64,000 bases of DNA from an uncultured delta proteobacterium (GCA_963845515.1 CAWJSR010000020.1:64001-128000), one strand, 5' to 3'; positions 46,183 to 57,659 are shown, counted from the first letter of the stretch. Notes: generated by a model from the sequence alone, not told the origin. Program-made: numbers and translations.

Positions 46183-46425
46183 TCACGGCTGCGCGGGCAG
46201 CCGCACAGCGGCCTCGACCTCCGCTGCGTGGTCGTCGGCCCAGCGAAGCGCCGCGAGCGCTCGCGTCCAGGCGAGCCGCGCCGCGTCCTCAGGCGCGACC
46301 TTTAGGGGAGCGGCAGCTAGCCCAGCGGCCACGAACCGCTCCAGCGTCGCGCGCCGGTCGCCCCCAATGTCGTTGATGGCGTCGGCTATCTGGAACAGGG
46401 CGTCTTGAAGGTCGAGGGCGGGCAT
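46183..46425 (-). CDS. Small hypothetical protein
   Basis: ATG 4 nt after the terS remnant stop; 80-aa helical ORF. Confidence 0.45.
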   Translation of the reverse strand: MPALDLQDALFQIADAINDIGGDRRATLERFVAAGLAAAPLKVAPEDAARLAWTRALAALRWADDHAAEVEAAVRLPAQP

Positions 46426-46429
46426 GGGG

Positions 46430-46700
46430 TCACCTGAACTCGTCGTCTCTGAATTCGTCGTCGGGGTTGGACCGGGGGTCGGCGGACGCGGAGACGTTGG
46501 AGCGGTCGGAGGGGGTGAGCCCGAAGCGGCCGAGCAGGTTGAGCACCTGGCGGTCGGCCGCGCGGAGCAGGGCGACCTCGGGACGCGGGCGGTCATGCGG
46601 CTGCCGTTCTCGCTCACCGTCTGGTACGTGGAGCCGTCCCAAGGCCCCGCGAACCCTTGGGAGTTCGGCGCGCAGCAAGAGCACGAGGCCCGTACGCTCT
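46430..46700 (-). pseudogene. Phage terminase small subunit (P27-like) remnant
   Basis: RPEVALLRAADRQVLNLLGRFGLTPSDRS resembles the P27 TerS C-terminus; upstream part is frameshifted and cut near attR. Confidence 0.65.
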
Positions 46701-46730
46701 AGGCGACGGATTCCGGCCCCGCAACCACTC

Positions 46731-46772
46731 GAGGCCCCCGATCGCGAACAGCGGTCGGGGGTTTCGTGTTTT
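46731..46772 (+). terminator. Rho-independent terminator (original tRNA terminator displaced by the island)
   Basis: 15-bp stem GAGGCCCCCGATCGC/GCGGTCGGGGGTTTC plus GTGTTTT immediately after attR. Confidence 0.7.
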
Positions 46773-46862
46773 CGGGGCCCGGCCCCCGGCCCCGTTCGGC
46801 GTATCCTCGTTCCCGTCACCAGCGGCAAGCGTGCGTGATGCCAGCCCAATGAGGGAGGCCGA

Positions 46863-47885
46863 GTGAGCGCGGCACGAAAGCGGAGCGAAGGCGGACTGGT
46901 GCTGGCGCTCGGCGGGGGAGGCGCGGCCGGCTTGGCGCACGTCGGCGTCCTCCAGGTCCTGGCTGAGCACGACATCCCGGTGCGGGCGATCGCCGGGACC
47001 AGCATCGGGGCCGAGATCGGGGCCTTCTACGCCCGAGGGATGACGCTGCACGACCTGGAGGCACTCTCGACGGCGATCGACTGGAAGCAGAGCCTGCAGC
47101 TCTTCCTTCCGGACCTGCCCACCGGCGGGCTGGTCTCCGGCGAGCGGATAGTCGACTTCCTCGCCCGGTGGCTGGGCAAGCGGCGCATCGAGGGGCTGCC
47201 CATCGGCTACGTGGCGGTGGCGGCGGATTTGATGCGCGGCGAGCAGGTGGTGCTCGACCGAGGTGACCTGGTGCTGGCGGTGCGCGCCAGCATCTCGTTG
47301 CCGGGAGTGCTCGCGCCGGTGAAGATCGGGAGGCGCTGGCTGGTGGACGGCGGCGTGGTCAACCCGGTTCCTTTCGACGTCGCGCGGGCGTGTTTCGGTG
47401 GTCCGGTGCTGGCGGTCGCGGTGCACGGCGGCGCCCGCCACGCCGCCCCCCGCAGCGGGGAGCTGCCGGTGCCGTCGCCGCAGTGGCCGCGCCACGTGCA
47501 GCAGCTGCTGCGACAGCCCTGGATGGCCCGCCTGCCGGCGCTGCGGGAGGCGCTGAAGGGGCAGGTGAGGAGCGCGCGCGCCCGCGAGCCGCGCTCGAAG
47601 CCCTACTGGGTGGCGCGGCGCGTCCTGGACCGCGTGCTCGACGTCGCGGAGAGCGAGATCGTGCGGCTGCGCGCCGAGCTGAGCCCGCCCGACCTGATGC
47701 TGATGCCCCGGGTCTCCGGGATCGGCGGGCTGGAGTTCTACAGGGCTCGCGAGGCGATGGATGCGGGGCGCCGGGCGGCGGAGGAGCGGATCGGGGAGAT
47801 CGGCGCGCTGCTCGGGCGGGGGGGCGGCAAGCGAGCGGGTCGGGGGCAGTCCGGAGGCGGGCGGGCCCGCCCACGCGCGTCGTAG
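46863..47885 (+). CDS. Patatin-like phospholipase (RssA family)
   Basis: LGGGGAAG, GTSIG, DGG. Confidence 0.9.
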   Translation: MSAARKRSEGGLVLALGGGGAAGLAHVGVLQVLAEHDIPVRAIAGTSIGAEIGAFYARGMTLHDLEALSTAIDWKQSLQLFLPDLPTGGLVSGERIVDFLARWLGKRRIEGLPIGYVAVAADLMRGEQVVLDRGDLVLAVRASISLPGVLAPVKIGRRWLVDGGVVNPVPFDVARACFGGPVLAVAVHGGARHAAPRSGELPVPSPQWPRHVQQLLRQPWMARLPALREALKGQVRSARAREPRSKPYWVARRVLDRVLDVAESEIVRLRAELSPPDLMLMPRVSGIGGLEFYRAREAMDAGRRAAEERIGEIGALLGRGGGKRAGRGQSGGGRARPRAS

Positions 47886-47978
47886 CGGGGAGGAGCCGCA
47901 CCAATCGATGGGCTCGGCTCACGTGCTGGGGCGGCGGGTGGCCGGCGGCCCGGGGCGGCTGTATAAGGCTCCCCCTTC

Positions 47979-49263
47979 ATGTCCGCCGTCCCGACCATCT
48001 ACGCGATCGACTTCGGCACGAGCAACTCGCTCGTCGCCGCCGCGAACGAGGAGCGGGTGTTCGAGCCGGTGCCGCTCGATCCCGGTGCGGCCGACCCGAC
48101 CATCCTGAGGAGCATCCTCTGCTTCCTCGATGCGGGCGGCGTGTTCGTGGGGAGCGAGGCGCTCCGCAAGTTCATCGAGCACGGGGCCGAAGGCCGGCTG
48201 CTGCGCTCCATCAAGCACCACCTGGGCTCGCGCTCCTTCCGCGGGACGATCATCCGGGGGCGGATGGTCTCGGCGGAGGAGCTGGTCGGTTCGCTGCTGC
48301 GCCAGATGAGGCTCCGGGCGGACGCGCACTTCGGGGCCGAGGTCCGGCGCGCCCTGCTCGGGCGCCCGGTCCACTTCGACGGCGAGGACGACGCCTTCGC
48401 CGAGGCCCGCCTCCGGGCCGCCGCGGAGCTCGCCGGCTTCGAGGAGGTCCACTTCCTTCCGGAGCCGGTCGCCGCGGCCCGCGCCTTCGGCGCGGCGTCC
48501 AGGGGCGACGAGCTGGCGCTGATCGCCGACTTCGGCGGCGGCACCTCCGACTTCACGGTGCTCCGACTCGGCGCCGCGGGAGCTCGAGCGTGGCGACGTG
48601 CTCGCGGTGGGCGGCGTCGCCGTCGCCGGCGACGCGCTCGACGCGTCCCTCATGCGCGCCCAGGTCGGCCGCCACTTCGGCGCCGAGGTCCAGTACCGGG
48701 CGCCGTTCGGGAACAACGTCCTCAGGATGCCGAAGGGGATCGTCCAGCATCTCTGCTCCCCGGCGCACCTGCCGATGCTCCAGCGGCGCGACATCGCCAG
48801 CTTCCTCGCCGACGTGCGCCGGTGGTCGCTCTCGGAGGAGGACCGCCGCAAGCTGGATCAGCTCACGATCCTCGTGGAGGACACCCAGGGGTTCCACCTG
48901 TTCGAGGCGATCGAGCGCGGCAAGCGCGAGCTCTCTTCGGCCACGAAGGCCGTGATCGGGTTCTCCCACCCCGGCATCGACGTGCGGGAGCCGGTCACGC
49001 GCGCCGGCTTCGAGGAGGCGAGCCGCCGGGAGGTCGACGCGATCCTGCGCTGCCTGGACGAGACGGTGCGGGCGGCAGGGGTGGCCCCGGGGGAGATAGG
49101 CGTCGTCTGCTGCACCGGCGGCACCGCGAAGGTCCCGCGGATCGCCGCCGAGATCCGGCGCCGGCTGCCGGCGGCGCGCATGGAGCAGTTCAAGGGGTTC
49201 CACTCGGTGGTGGAGGGGCTGGCGCAGGAGGCGCAGCGGGTGGCGCGGGGCGAGCGGACGTGA
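47979..49263 (+). CDS. yegD: YegD-like Hsp70-family protein (frameshift near 48575-48590)
   Basis: IDFGTSNS, GRPVHF, EPVAAA, DFGGGTSDF; continues AGDALD..IERGKRELS..TGGTA in the next frame. Confidence 0.82.
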
Positions 49264-49276
49264 CGCCGTCCGCGCG

Positions 49277-50851
49277 CTACAGCGTCGCGGCCACCGACGC
49301 GCCGAAGCGCTGCGCGCCGTAACGCGCCGCGGCTCCCCGCGCCTGTCCCTTGCGCAGCCAGTCCTCGGCCCACAGCCGCAGGCCGAAGCGTTGCCCGGGC
49401 ACCTGCCAGGAGAGCGAGGAGCGCATGGTGCGGCGCTGATCGCGGACGTTGAAGTCGTCCACGACGCCCTCGTGGAAGTAGCCGGTGGGGCTGGTGAAGC
49501 TCTCCTGGAACCGGTCGCGCCCCTCGATCGAGTCGAACCAGTCGTAGCGCAGCTCGCAGGCGAGCCCGAAGCCGCGCCAGCGCGCCTCGAGCTGCGCCGC
49601 GCCGGTGAAGCCCCATGCGTGGGTGTAGCCCTCCTTCTCGAGGACGCTCTTGGTGGTGGGCAGGACGACCCCCTGCCGCAGCAGCTCGTCGTAGGCGAGG
49701 GCGCGCGGGTTGGCGAAGTCGAGGAAGCCCGAGAGCGCGCCGCGCAGGCTGAAGGCGCCGTGGTACCAGGTGGCGTCGGTCATCGGGCCCACGACGTGCA
49801 TGATCCCGATGAAGTCGTCGAACTCCGGGAGCCGCGCGATGGACAGGTCGAAGGCCGTGGCCGCGCCGTAGAAGACGCTGTGACCGAACAGCGCTCCGTC
49901 CTGGCCGCGTAGCCGCTGGTGGTAGCGCCCCCAGAGCGACGCCTGCGTGTAGACGTGCAGCTCGGTGAGCGCCTCGGCGTCGCGCGAGAAGACCACGCGC
50001 ACCCGGCTCCACTGGCCGTCGTCGAGGGTCTGCGCCAGGTCGCCGGGGCGGCCGTGGCCCGGCACCGCCACGAGCTCCGTGTCGAGGGAGAGGTACAGCT
50101 CGGGGCGCAGCGCTCCGCTCGCCCGGCTCCGGCCGGCGAGCGCACCGCCGAGGTCGAGCTCGAAGCGGTGCCAGACGTCGCGCGGAAACCCCAGGGAGTC
50201 GACGTCTGGAGTGCGCGCCGGGCGGGTGAGCCCCAGCACGTCGTCGAGGGTCTGGGCCGGCGAGAAGATCGTGGTGAGCACCCGGTTCGCGATGGTGGGG
50301 GAGCCGCGCTCGAAGAAGCGGCCCAGCTGGAAGAACGCCTCGCCGATGGCCGCGCCCCCCGCCGGCGTGACGATGGTGTCGTTGAGGCTGAAGACCTCGC
50401 GGTGCTCGACCGTCGCCTCCCACACGCTGGAGGTGGCCAGCGTGAACAGCCACGACTCGAGGACGGAGCCGCCCAGTACGCGCGCGATGTCGTAATAGAA
50501 GGAGCCGTTGTAGTAGGCGTGCCCCATGTTGAGGGCGAAGGAGTTGTCGTCGAAGCGCACGCCGTGCAGGTCGCGCCAGCGCCGCCCCTGACCGTCCCAG
50601 GTGCGGTCGAAGTCGAAGTCGAGCTTGTTCAGCTCGATCGCCGACTCGTACCAGAGGATCTCCAGGGCCAGTATTCCGCCGGTCTCCAGCGACGCCGGGA
50701 GGAGGCGCAGAGTGGACGCGCCCGGGTCCGGAGAGGCTGGGGCCAGCTCTTCCGGAGCGGCGGCGCCCTCGGTGCCGGCGGGAGCGGTGGCGTCGTCGGC
50801 GACCGCGCCGAGTGACAGCGACAGCAGGGCAATGGCCGCCACGGGCGTCAT
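49277..50851 (-). CDS. DUF3943-like outer-membrane protein
   Basis: Signal peptide; FDDNSF..N.GH.Y.G..YY, WE..E..S.ND...TP.GG..IGE; beta-strand-rich C-terminus. Confidence 0.7.
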   Translation of the reverse strand: MTPVAAIALLSLSLGAVADDATAPAGTEGAAAPEELAPASPDPGASTLRLLPASLETGGILALEILWYESAIELNKLDFDFDRTWDGQGRRWRDLHGVRFDDNSFALNMGHAYYNGSFYYDIARVLGGSVLESWLFTLATSSVWEATVEHREVFSLNDTIVTPAGGAAIGEAFFQLGRFFERGSPTIANRVLTTIFSPAQTLDDVLGLTRPARTPDVDSLGFPRDVWHRFELDLGGALAGRSRASGALRPELYLSLDTELVAVPGHGRPGDLAQTLDDGQWSRVRVVFSRDAEALTELHVYTQASLWGRYHQRLRGQDGALFGHSVFYGAATAFDLSIARLPEFDDFIGIMHVVGPMTDATWYHGAFSLRGALSGFLDFANPRALAYDELLRQGVVLPTTKSVLEKEGYTHAWGFTGAAQLEARWRGFGLACELRYDWFDSIEGRDRFQESFTSPTGYFHEGVVDDFNVRDQRRTMRSSLSWQVPGQRFGLRLWAEDWLRKGQARGAAARYGAQRFGASVAATL

Positions 50852-50966
50852 GCTGCGAGCCAATCACCCTGCGTGTCCTTAGGCAAGCTTCCCCGGGTTG
50901 CTCCTCGGGGAGCAACCCCATCGGCCCCGACTCCCCGTGAGGAGAGGGTGCTACACCCGAGCCCGC

Positions 50967-51572
50967 ATGATCGCGGTGATCGTCCTCGCGGCCGGTGGCT
51001 CCTCGCGGATGGGCCGGAGCAAGCTCCTGCTCGATCTCGACGGTGAATCCCTGCTCCGTCGCGCCGCCCGCTGCGCCGTGGAGGCCGGGACCGGCCCCGT
51101 CGTCGTGGTGGTCGGCCCCGACGGGCCGCTCGCGAGACGGGAGCTCGCCGGCCTCGGTTGCGAAGTCGTCGAGGACGCGCTCCTCACCTCCTGCGGCATG
51201 AACGGCTCCCTCGCCGCAGGGGTGATGGCCCTGCCCGAGGACGTGGACGGCGCGGTCGTCCTCCTCGCCGACATGCCGCTCGTCACGCCCGCCGCAGTGC
51301 GCGCGCTCGCCGAGCGCCACAGCGCGACTGGCGCGCCGATCGTCGCCACCCGCTACGGCGACGCGCTCGCTCCCCCGGTGCTCTACGATCGCGCGCTGCT
51401 CCCGGCGCTCGCAACCGGAGGCGACGGGGACGGGCGCGGGCGGGAGCTCACGCGCCGCCATCGCGCCGAGGCCGAGCTGGTGGACGCACCGGCAGCGGCG
51501 CTCGTGGACGTCGACCTCCCCGCGGATCTGGAGCGGGTGCGCGCGCGCCTGCGCGCCGGGGTGGTCCCATGA
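50967..51572 (+). CDS. mocA: Molybdenum cofactor cytidylyltransferase-like nucleotidyltransferase
   Basis: LAAGGSSRMG..KLL, LADMP, GDG.GR, DVD. Confidence 0.85.
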   Translation: MIAVIVLAAGGSSRMGRSKLLLDLDGESLLRRAARCAVEAGTGPVVVVVGPDGPLARRELAGLGCEVVEDALLTSCGMNGSLAAGVMALPEDVDGAVVLLADMPLVTPAAVRALAERHSATGAPIVATRYGDALAPPVLYDRALLPALATGGDGDGRGRELTRRHRAEAELVDAPAAALVDVDLPADLERVRARLRAGVVP

Positions 51573-52477
51573 CGGAGCGCGAGATCCTGGTGCGCGCCGC
51601 CGAGTGGGGCGAGGCCGGTCGGCGGGTGGCGCTCGCCACCGTGATCAGCACCTGGGGCTCGTCGCCTCGTCCACCCGGGAGCCAGCTCGCCGTCAGCGAG
51701 CGCGGCGAGATGGCAGGGTCGGTCTCCGGCGGCTGCGTCGAGGCGGCGGTCGTGCAGGAGGCGCTCGACGTGCTTCGGCGCGGGACCGCGCGCACGCTGG
51801 AGTTCGGCGTCACCGCCGGGCGCGCCTGGGAGGTGGGGCTGCCGTGCGGTGGCCGCATCCGCGTCCACGTCGAGGCTGCCGACCAGGAACGGCTGGGGAG
51901 CCTCGTCGCGGCGCTGACGGCGCGGGAGCGCGTGGAGCGGGTGCTGGAGCTGGGCGACGGCGAGCGCTTCCGGGTGGTGCTGGAGCCGCCAGTGCGGCTG
52001 GTGATCGTCGGCGCGGTGCACCTCGCGCAGCCGCTCGCCCGCATGGCCCGCGTGGCCGGTTACGAGGTGACGGTGGTGGATCCGCGCTCGGCCTTCGCGA
52101 CGGAGGAGCGGTTCCCGGACGTCGCGCTGGAGCGCGGGTGGCCAGCGGAGATCATGCCGCGCCTCGGCCTGGACGCCCGCACCGCCCTCGTCGCGCTCAG
52201 CCACGACCGGCGCTTCGACGACCCGGCGCTCGAGGCGGCGCTCCGCTCGGACGCCTTCTATGTCGGAGCGCTCGGCAGCCGCAAGACGCAGGCAGCGCTC
52301 AGGACGAGGCTGCGCGAAGCGGGCTTCTCGGAGCCGGAGGTGGGGCGCGTCCACGGTCCAGTGGGGCTGGACCTCGGCGCGGTCACGCCCGCGGAGATCG
52401 CGGTCGAGATCCTGGCGGAGCTCGTCGCCTCCCTCAGGGAGGCTTCGGCGGTGCGCCGCACCATCGGCAGCGGCTAG
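51569..52477 (+). CDS. xdhC: XdhC/CoxI molybdoenzyme maturation factor
   Basis: [47 protein letters not shown]. Confidence 0.9.
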   Translation: MTEREILVRAAEWGEAGRRVALATVISTWGSSPRPPGSQLAVSERGEMAGSVSGGCVEAAVVQEALDVLRRGTARTLEFGVTAGRAWEVGLPCGGRIRVHVEAADQERLGSLVAALTARERVERVLELGDGERFRVVLEPPVRLVIVGAVHLAQPLARMARVAGYEVTVVDPRSAFATEERFPDVALERGWPAEIMPRLGLDARTALVALSHDRRFDDPALEAALRSDAFYVGALGSRKTQAALRTRLREAGFSEPEVGRVHGPVGLDLGAVTPAEIAVEILAELVASLREASAVRRTIGSG

Positions 52478-52496
52478 CGCGAGCCGCGGAGGGAAC

Positions 52497-52961
52497 ATGG
52501 CCAACCTGACCTTGCTCGTGAACGGACGGCGGCACGCGGTGGACGTCGAGCCGGAGATGCCGCTCCTGTGGGTGCTGCGCGACACGCTTGGGCTCACCGG
52601 CACCAAGTTCGGGTGCGGCGCGTCGCTCTGCGGCGCGTGCACCGTGCTGCTGGACGAGTCGGCGATCCGAAGCTGCCAGCTCCCGGTGAAGGAGGCGGTC
52701 GGCCACCGGATCACCACCATCGAGGGGCTCGCGGAGAAGGGCGACCACCCGGTGCTGAAGGCCTGGGTGGAGGACGAGGTGCCACAGTGCGGCTACTGCC
52801 AGCCGGGACAGATCATCGAGGCGGTGGCGCTGCTCGCCAAGCACCCGGATCCGACCGACGCGCAGATCGACCTGGCGATGGACGGGGTCCTCTGCCGCTG
52901 CGGCACCTACGGCCGGATCCGCCGCGCCATCCATCAGGCCGCGAAGGGAGGCGCGCGATGA
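52497..52961 (+). CDS. iorA: 2Fe-2S subunit of an isoquinoline/aldehyde oxidoreductase
   Basis: [30 protein letters not shown]. Confidence 0.9.
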   Translation: MANLTLLVNGRRHAVDVEPEMPLLWVLRDTLGLTGTKFGCGASLCGACTVLLDESAIRSCQLPVKEAVGHRITTIEGLAEKGDHPVLKAWVEDEVPQCGYCQPGQIIEAVALLAKHPDPTDAQIDLAMDGVLCRCGTYGRIRRAIHQAAKGGAR

Positions 52962-55900
52962 CCGCCACCGGACCGCTCGGCCGCCGTGACTTCCTCAAGC
53001 TCTCCGCCGGGGCCGGACTCTGGCTCGCGGTCTCCGGGCCGGGGAGGGTGTTCGCCGCAGACCCGTCCGCACCGCCCGCCGGCCTGTCGCCGTCTGCCTG
53101 GCTGCACATCGGCCAGGACGGCGTGGTCACCGTCCACCTCGGAAAGTCGGAGATGGGTCAGGGGTCCTTCACGGGCATGGCGGTGCTCATCGCCGAGGAG
53201 CTCGAGGCCGACTGGACGAAGGTGCGCGTCCTCCCGGCAGACGCCGACCCGCGCTTCGGGAACATGGTGACCGGCGGCTCGCGCAGCGTGCGCGGCAACT
53301 TCATCCCGCTCCGAAAAGTCGGCGCGGCGGCACGGGAGATGCTCGTCGCGGCCGGCGCCAGGCGGCTCGGCGTCAGGCCCGGCGCCTGCAGCGCGGAGGC
53401 CGGTGCCGTCGTACACGGCGCCAGCAGGCGCCGCGTCGAGTACGGCGCCCTGGTCGCCGACGCGGCAAAGCTGCCCGTGCCGGAGGATCCGCCGCTCAAG
53501 GATCCGCGGAAGTTCAAGCTCATCGGCAGGCGGGTGCCGAGGCTCGACACTCCACCCAAGGTGCGTGGGAGCGCGGTCTTCGGCCTCGACGTGCGGGTGC
53601 CGGGGATGCTCCACGCGGCCGTCGCCCGTCCTCCGACGTACGGCGGCAAGGCGAAGTGGTTCGATGCGGCCGCTGCGGGGAGGGTCCCCGGTGTGCGCAA
53701 GGTGGTGGAGGTGCCGAGCGGCGTGGCGGTGCTGGCGGACAGCACGTGGGGCGCGTTTCGCGGCCGCGACCTGTTGGCGGCCACCTTCGAGCCCGGGCCG
53801 AACGGCGCGCTGGACGCCGCTGGTATCGCGCGAACGCTCGCGGAGGCGCCGGTCGCGTCCGAGTCCATGCGCCGCGAAGGGGACGTCGAGAAGGCGCTCG
53901 CCGCTGCCGCGCGCCGCGTCGAGGCGGTCTACACGCTGCCCCTCCTGGCCCACGCGACCATGGAGCCGATGAACTGCGTCGCCGACGTGCGAGCCGACAG
54001 GGCGGAGCTCTGGGCGCCTACGCAGGCGCCGACCTGGGCGCGCAGCGAGGTCGCGCGGGCGCTCGGGATCGACGAGTCGAAGGTGACCGTGCACGTCACC
54101 TTCCTCGGAGGCGGCTTCGGCCGGCGCGCCTTCCCCGACTTCGCCGTCGAGGCCGCGCAGGTGTCGCTGGCGGCCGGCGTACCGGTCCAGGTGGCGTGGA
54201 GCCGCGAGGACGACCTCCGTCACGACTTCTACCGCCCGCCCGGCCGGAACGAGCTTCGCGCCGGCCTGGACGCGAAGGGGCGGCTCGTGGCGTGGCATCA
54301 CCGCGTGCGCACCCCGTCCATCAGCCGGCAGCTGGGCCGGACCCCCGGTGGTGGCGCAGCGCCGGACGTCGGGGAGGGGGCGTCGAGCGTGCCCTACGTC
54401 ATCCCGGCGATCCGGGTGGACCAGGCCGCGCCGGAGCTGGGGCTGCCGATCGGGTGGTGGCGCTCGGTCTACTCCTCGCAGAACGCGTTCGCCGAGGAGG
54501 TCTTCATCGACGAGCTCGCCCGCGCGGCGGGGAAGGATCCGCTGGCCTTCCGGCTCGCGCACCTGCCGCGCGCTCACCGGCTGCGCGGCGTGCTGAAGCT
54601 CGCGGCCGGGAAGGCTGGATGGGGTGGAGGCGTGCCGAAGGGGCACGGCCTGGGGATCGCATGCCACGCCTCCTTCGGGAGCTACGTGGCCCACGTCGCC
54701 GAGGTCTCGGTCCAGAGCGGCCGCGTCACGGTGCATCGCGTGGTCTGCGCGGTGGACTGCGGGACGGTGCTCAACCCGGACAGCGTGGAGCACCAGGCCG
54801 AGGGCTCGGTGGTCTACGGCCTCTCAGCGGCGCTCCGCGGCGAGATCACGGTGAAGGACGGGGCAGTCGTGCAGGGGAACTTCGACGGCTACGAGCCGCT
54901 GCGCATGCGCGAGATGCCGAAGGTCGAGGTGCACGTGGTCCCGAGCCGGGCCGAGCCGGGCGGCATGGGGGAGCCGGCGCTCCCGCCCATCGCGCTGAAG
55001 GGTACCCTCCAGGGCCTTCTCAGTCACAAAGGGGACTGGCCGCCTCTCCATCAATCACCGGGGAGGTGGGTGGTCATGAAGTGGCCGCGATCGAGGCGAG
55101 CATCACTGGCCGCGCTCTGTTCGGTTGCGTTGCTCGCGTCCGCTTGCGGCGACCGCTGGTCGCCCCCGCTCGAGCCTCTGCCGCCCGCCCCACCTGCCGT
55201 GCCGGCCATCTCGACATCGGTCGCGAGCCTGCGCTACTCGGTCTTCCAGGGTGGCGGCGCGGCAGTGGCACAGGCCGTCGAGATCACCAACGGCGGTGCG
55301 GGGACGCTCGCGTGGACAGCGTCGGTGGAGGGCTATCCGTGGTTGGCGGTCGGGCAGGTGAGCGGGACGGCGCCGTCGTCGCTCAGCGTGTCCGTCGACG
55401 CCGCGGGGCTCGCTCCCGGCACCCACACGGGGACGATCACGCTCTCTGCGGCCGACGCGAGCAACTCGCCGCTGCACCTTCCGGTCACGTTGCTCATCGT
55501 CCCCGAGGTCTCCTTCGCGGCCCTCGTGGCCGCCCCGGTGGGGTCGGGGCCGCACGCGACGGCCACGGCCGACTTCGACGGAGACGGCAGGCCGGATCTC
55601 GCCGTGACGAACGAGGGAAGCGGCACCGTCTCGATCCTGCTGGGTGCTGCGACCGGCGCCCTTGGCGCGGCGATCGAGGTCGGGGTCGGGATCGGCCCGA
55701 AGGCCGTTGCCGTCGGCCGCTTCGACGGCAACGCGACGCCTGACCTGGCGATAGCCAACGCCGGCGGCAACTCGGTCACGATCCTTCTCGGCAGTGGAGA
55801 CGGGTCGTTTGGCGCGCCGAAGACCCAGGCGGTGGGCTCCAGGCCGGTCTCCGTCGCGGTGGCCGACTTCGACGGCGACGGCGACGAGGATCTCGCGGTC

Positions 55901-57616
55901 GCCAACATGGGGGACGGGACGGGGCCGAACACCGTGACAGTCCTGAAGGGGACGGGGACCGGCTCCTTCGATGCAGGCTCGTCCTACGCCGCGGGTCATG
56001 CGCCGTCGGCGGTCGTCGCGGGCGACTTCAATGGCGACACGATCATCGATCTTGCCGTCGCGGACTATGACTTCAACTTCCAGTCGACGGCGAACCTCGC
56101 GATCCTCGGGGGCGACGGCACCGGAGCCTTCGGGCCCCCCTCCTACGTGAACACCGTCTCCAGGCCCATCGCGATGGTGGGCGAGGATCTGGACGGGAAC
56201 GGGAGGGTCGATCTCGTGATCGGAACGGAGAGCGGCTCTGGGGTCACCGTGCTCATGGGAGCCACCGGCGGAGGGCTCTCCGCGCCGGTGAACCATCCCG
56301 CGCCAGGAAGCGGCGTCCGCTCCATCGGCGTCCGGGACCTCGACGGTGACGGCCTGCGCGACCTCGCGCTGACGCACAACTGCACGTGCGACAGCGATGT
56401 CTCCATCCTCATGGGCATCGGCGGAGGCGCCTTCGGCGCAGCCACCGCCGTCCCCGCGGGCGGCTCCGCCGTGAGCGTCGAGGACTTCGACCAGGACGGG
56501 GCCCCCGACCTGGCGGCGGCGGGCTGGGGGGGCTTCGCCACCCTCGCGTACGGCCGCGGCGACGGCACGTTCCTGGCGCCGGCCAACATGGGCGCAGCGA
56601 AGCACTCCCCGCAGTCGGTCGCCACCGGTGACTTCGACGGCAACGGCACGCTCGACGTCGCGCTGGTCGACCGGAGCAGCTCGTGGAGCAGCTCGGCCAA
56701 CGACTTCTCGCTCTGGCTGGGCGACGGCACGGGCGCCTTCGGCGTCCCGGCGACCTACGCCATCGCATCGCCCCGGTCCGTCGCGCTCGGCGACTTCGAT
56801 GGCGACGGCAACCTCGATGCGGTCACCGCCAACGCGGGGACGGTCTCGGTCCTTCCCGGATCGCCCGACGGGGCGCTGGGGCCGGCGACCAACTTCGTCA
56901 TCGGCGGGAGCGCCAACTTCGTCGCGGTGAGCGATCTCGACGGTGACGGCGATCTGGACCTCGTGGTCTCGGCCTGGCCCGGAGCCATCTACGTGCTTCG
57001 CGGTGACGGAGCGGGCGCGTTTGGAGCGGCCACCGCCTATGCCGGGGGCTACGAGCCGCACTCCGTCGCGATCGGCGATCTCGACGGCGATGGGATTCCG
57101 GACCTGGTCGTGGCTGACCGGGGTCGAGGCGTCTCGGTGCTGCGCGGCACGGGCGCCGCCGCCTTCGCCGAGCCGAGCGACTTCTACGCCTCGGTGCTTC
57201 GCTACGTCGAGCTCGCGGACTTCGACGACGACGGCAAGCTGGACCTCGTCAGCGCCAATCACGAACGAGCGGAGATCCGGATGGGGCGCGGGGACGGCAC
57301 CTTCGCCGCGGCGAGCGTCTTCGACGTCAGCGGTGCCTCCGGTGTCACCGGCGACTTCAACGGCGACGGGACGCTGGATGTCGCGCTGGCCGAGGTCGGC
57401 GGTTCGCGCGTCTCGTTCCTGCTGGGGGGCGGGGACGGGACCTTCTTCCTGGGGCCGACGCGCTACGCGGCTGCGCAGCCCATTGCGTACACCTATGGCA
57501 TCGAGTCTGCCGACATCGCCAAGGGGGACTTCAACCGGGACGGGAAGATTGATCTCGTCTGCAGCAACGGGGAGGACTGGGGCAGCGCCTACATGAGCGT
57601 CCTCCTGGGCCGGTAG
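52958..57616 (+). CDS. iorB: IorB-type molybdopterin subunit (Tat signal), truncated at ~54995 and reading in frame into the FG-GAP gene
   Basis: [44 protein letters not shown], then loss of homology with no stop codon. Confidence 0.8.
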   Translation: MTATGPLGRRDFLKLSAGAGLWLAVSGPGRVFAADPSAPPAGLSPSAWLHIGQDGVVTVHLGKSEMGQGSFTGMAVLIAEELEADWTKVRVLPADADPRFGNMVTGGSRSVRGNFIPLRKVGAAAREMLVAAGARRLGVRPGACSAEAGAVVHGASRRRVEYGALVADAAKLPVPEDPPLKDPRKFKLIGRRVPRLDTPPKVRGSAVFGLDVRVPGMLHAAVARPPTYGGKAKWFDAAAAGRVPGVRKVVEVPSGVAVLADSTWGAFRGRDLLAATFEPGPNGALDAAGIARTLAEAPVASESMRREGDVEKALAAAARRVEAVYTLPLLAHATMEPMNCVADVRADRAELWAPTQAPTWARSEVARALGIDESKVTVHVTFLGGGFGRRAFPDFAVEAAQVSLAAGVPVQVAWSREDDLRHDFYRPPGRNELRAGLDAKGRLVAWHHRVRTPSISRQLGRTPGGGAAPDVGEGASSVPYVIPAIRVDQAAPELGLPIGWWRSVYSSQNAFAEEVFIDELARAAGKDPLAFRLAHLPRAHRLRGVLKLAAGKAGWGGGVPKGHGLGIACHASFGSYVAHVAEVSVQSGRVTVHRVVCAVDCGTVLNPDSVEHQAEGSVVYGLSAALRGEITVKDGAVVQGNFDGYEPLRMREMPKVEVHVVPSRAEPGGMGEPALPPIALKGTLQGLLSHKGDWPPLHQSPGRWVVMKWPRSRRASLAALCSVALLASACGDRWSPPLEPLPPAPPAVPAISTSVASLRYSVFQGGGAAVAQAVEITNGGAGTLAWTASVEGYPWLAVGQVSGTAPSSLSVSVDAAGLAPGTHTGTITLSAADASNSPLHLPVTLLIVPEVSFAALVAAPVGSGPHATATADFDGDGRPDLAVTNEGSGTVSILLGAATGALGAAIEVGVGIGPKAVAVGRFDGNATPDLAIANAGGNSVTILLGSGDGSFGAPKTQAVGSRPVSVAVADFDGDGDEDLAVANMGDGTGPNTVTVLKGTGTGSFDAGSSYAAGHAPSAVVAGDFNGDTIIDLAVADYDFNFQSTANLAILGGDGTGAFGPPSYVNTVSRPIAMVGEDLDGNGRVDLVIGTESGSGVTVLMGATGGGLSAPVNHPAPGSGVRSIGVRDLDGDGLRDLALTHNCTCDSDVSILMGIGGGAFGAATAVPAGGSAVSVEDFDQDGAPDLAAAGWGGFATLAYGRGDGTFLAPANMGAAKHSPQSVATGDFDGNGTLDVALVDRSSSWSSSANDFSLWLGDGTGAFGVPATYAIASPRSVALGDFDGDGNLDAVTANAGTVSVLPGSPDGALGPATNFVIGGSANFVAVSDLDGDGDLDLVVSAWPGAIYVLRGDGAGAFGAATAYAGGYEPHSVAIGDLDGDGIPDLVVADRGRGVSVLRGTGAAAFAEPSDFYASVLRYVELADFDDDGKLDLVSANHERAEIRMGRGDGTFAAASVFDVSGASGVTGDFNGDGTLDVALAEVGGSRVSFLLGGGDGTFFLGPTRYAAAQPIAYTYGIESADIAKGDFNRDGKIDLVCSNGEDWGSAYMSVLLGR
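55076..57616 (+). CDS. Lipoprotein with BACON-like domain and many FG-GAP/VCBS repeats
   Basis: Own GGAGG RBS (55062) and ATG; lipobox LASAC; repeated DFDGDG..DL.V motifs. Confidence 0.82.
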   Translation: MKWPRSRRASLAALCSVALLASACGDRWSPPLEPLPPAPPAVPAISTSVASLRYSVFQGGGAAVAQAVEITNGGAGTLAWTASVEGYPWLAVGQVSGTAPSSLSVSVDAAGLAPGTHTGTITLSAADASNSPLHLPVTLLIVPEVSFAALVAAPVGSGPHATATADFDGDGRPDLAVTNEGSGTVSILLGAATGALGAAIEVGVGIGPKAVAVGRFDGNATPDLAIANAGGNSVTILLGSGDGSFGAPKTQAVGSRPVSVAVADFDGDGDEDLAVANMGDGTGPNTVTVLKGTGTGSFDAGSSYAAGHAPSAVVAGDFNGDTIIDLAVADYDFNFQSTANLAILGGDGTGAFGPPSYVNTVSRPIAMVGEDLDGNGRVDLVIGTESGSGVTVLMGATGGGLSAPVNHPAPGSGVRSIGVRDLDGDGLRDLALTHNCTCDSDVSILMGIGGGAFGAATAVPAGGSAVSVEDFDQDGAPDLAAAGWGGFATLAYGRGDGTFLAPANMGAAKHSPQSVATGDFDGNGTLDVALVDRSSSWSSSANDFSLWLGDGTGAFGVPATYAIASPRSVALGDFDGDGNLDAVTANAGTVSVLPGSPDGALGPATNFVIGGSANFVAVSDLDGDGDLDLVVSAWPGAIYVLRGDGAGAFGAATAYAGGYEPHSVAIGDLDGDGIPDLVVADRGRGVSVLRGTGAAAFAEPSDFYASVLRYVELADFDDDGKLDLVSANHERAEIRMGRGDGTFAAASVFDVSGASGVTGDFNGDGTLDVALAEVGGSRVSFLLGGGDGTFFLGPTRYAAAQPIAYTYGIESADIAKGDFNRDGKIDLVCSNGEDWGSAYMSVLLGR

Positions 57617-57635
57617 CTCGGGGGGCGGCGAGCAG

Positions 57636-57659
57636 CCGCGCGCTGAGCCGCTCCAGCGC
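57636..57659. repeat. 24-bp direct repeat, copy 1 (duplicate of the ligD 3' region)
   Basis: CCGCGCGCTGAGCCGCTCCAGCGC, identical to 61680-61703. Confidence 0.85.

Noticed and set aside
55500..57600. Recurrent GACTTCGACGGCGACGG-like DNA repeats as a CRISPR or tandem array
   Set aside because: They are degenerate coding repeats of FG-GAP motifs; no CRISPR array or cas gene was seen in the window
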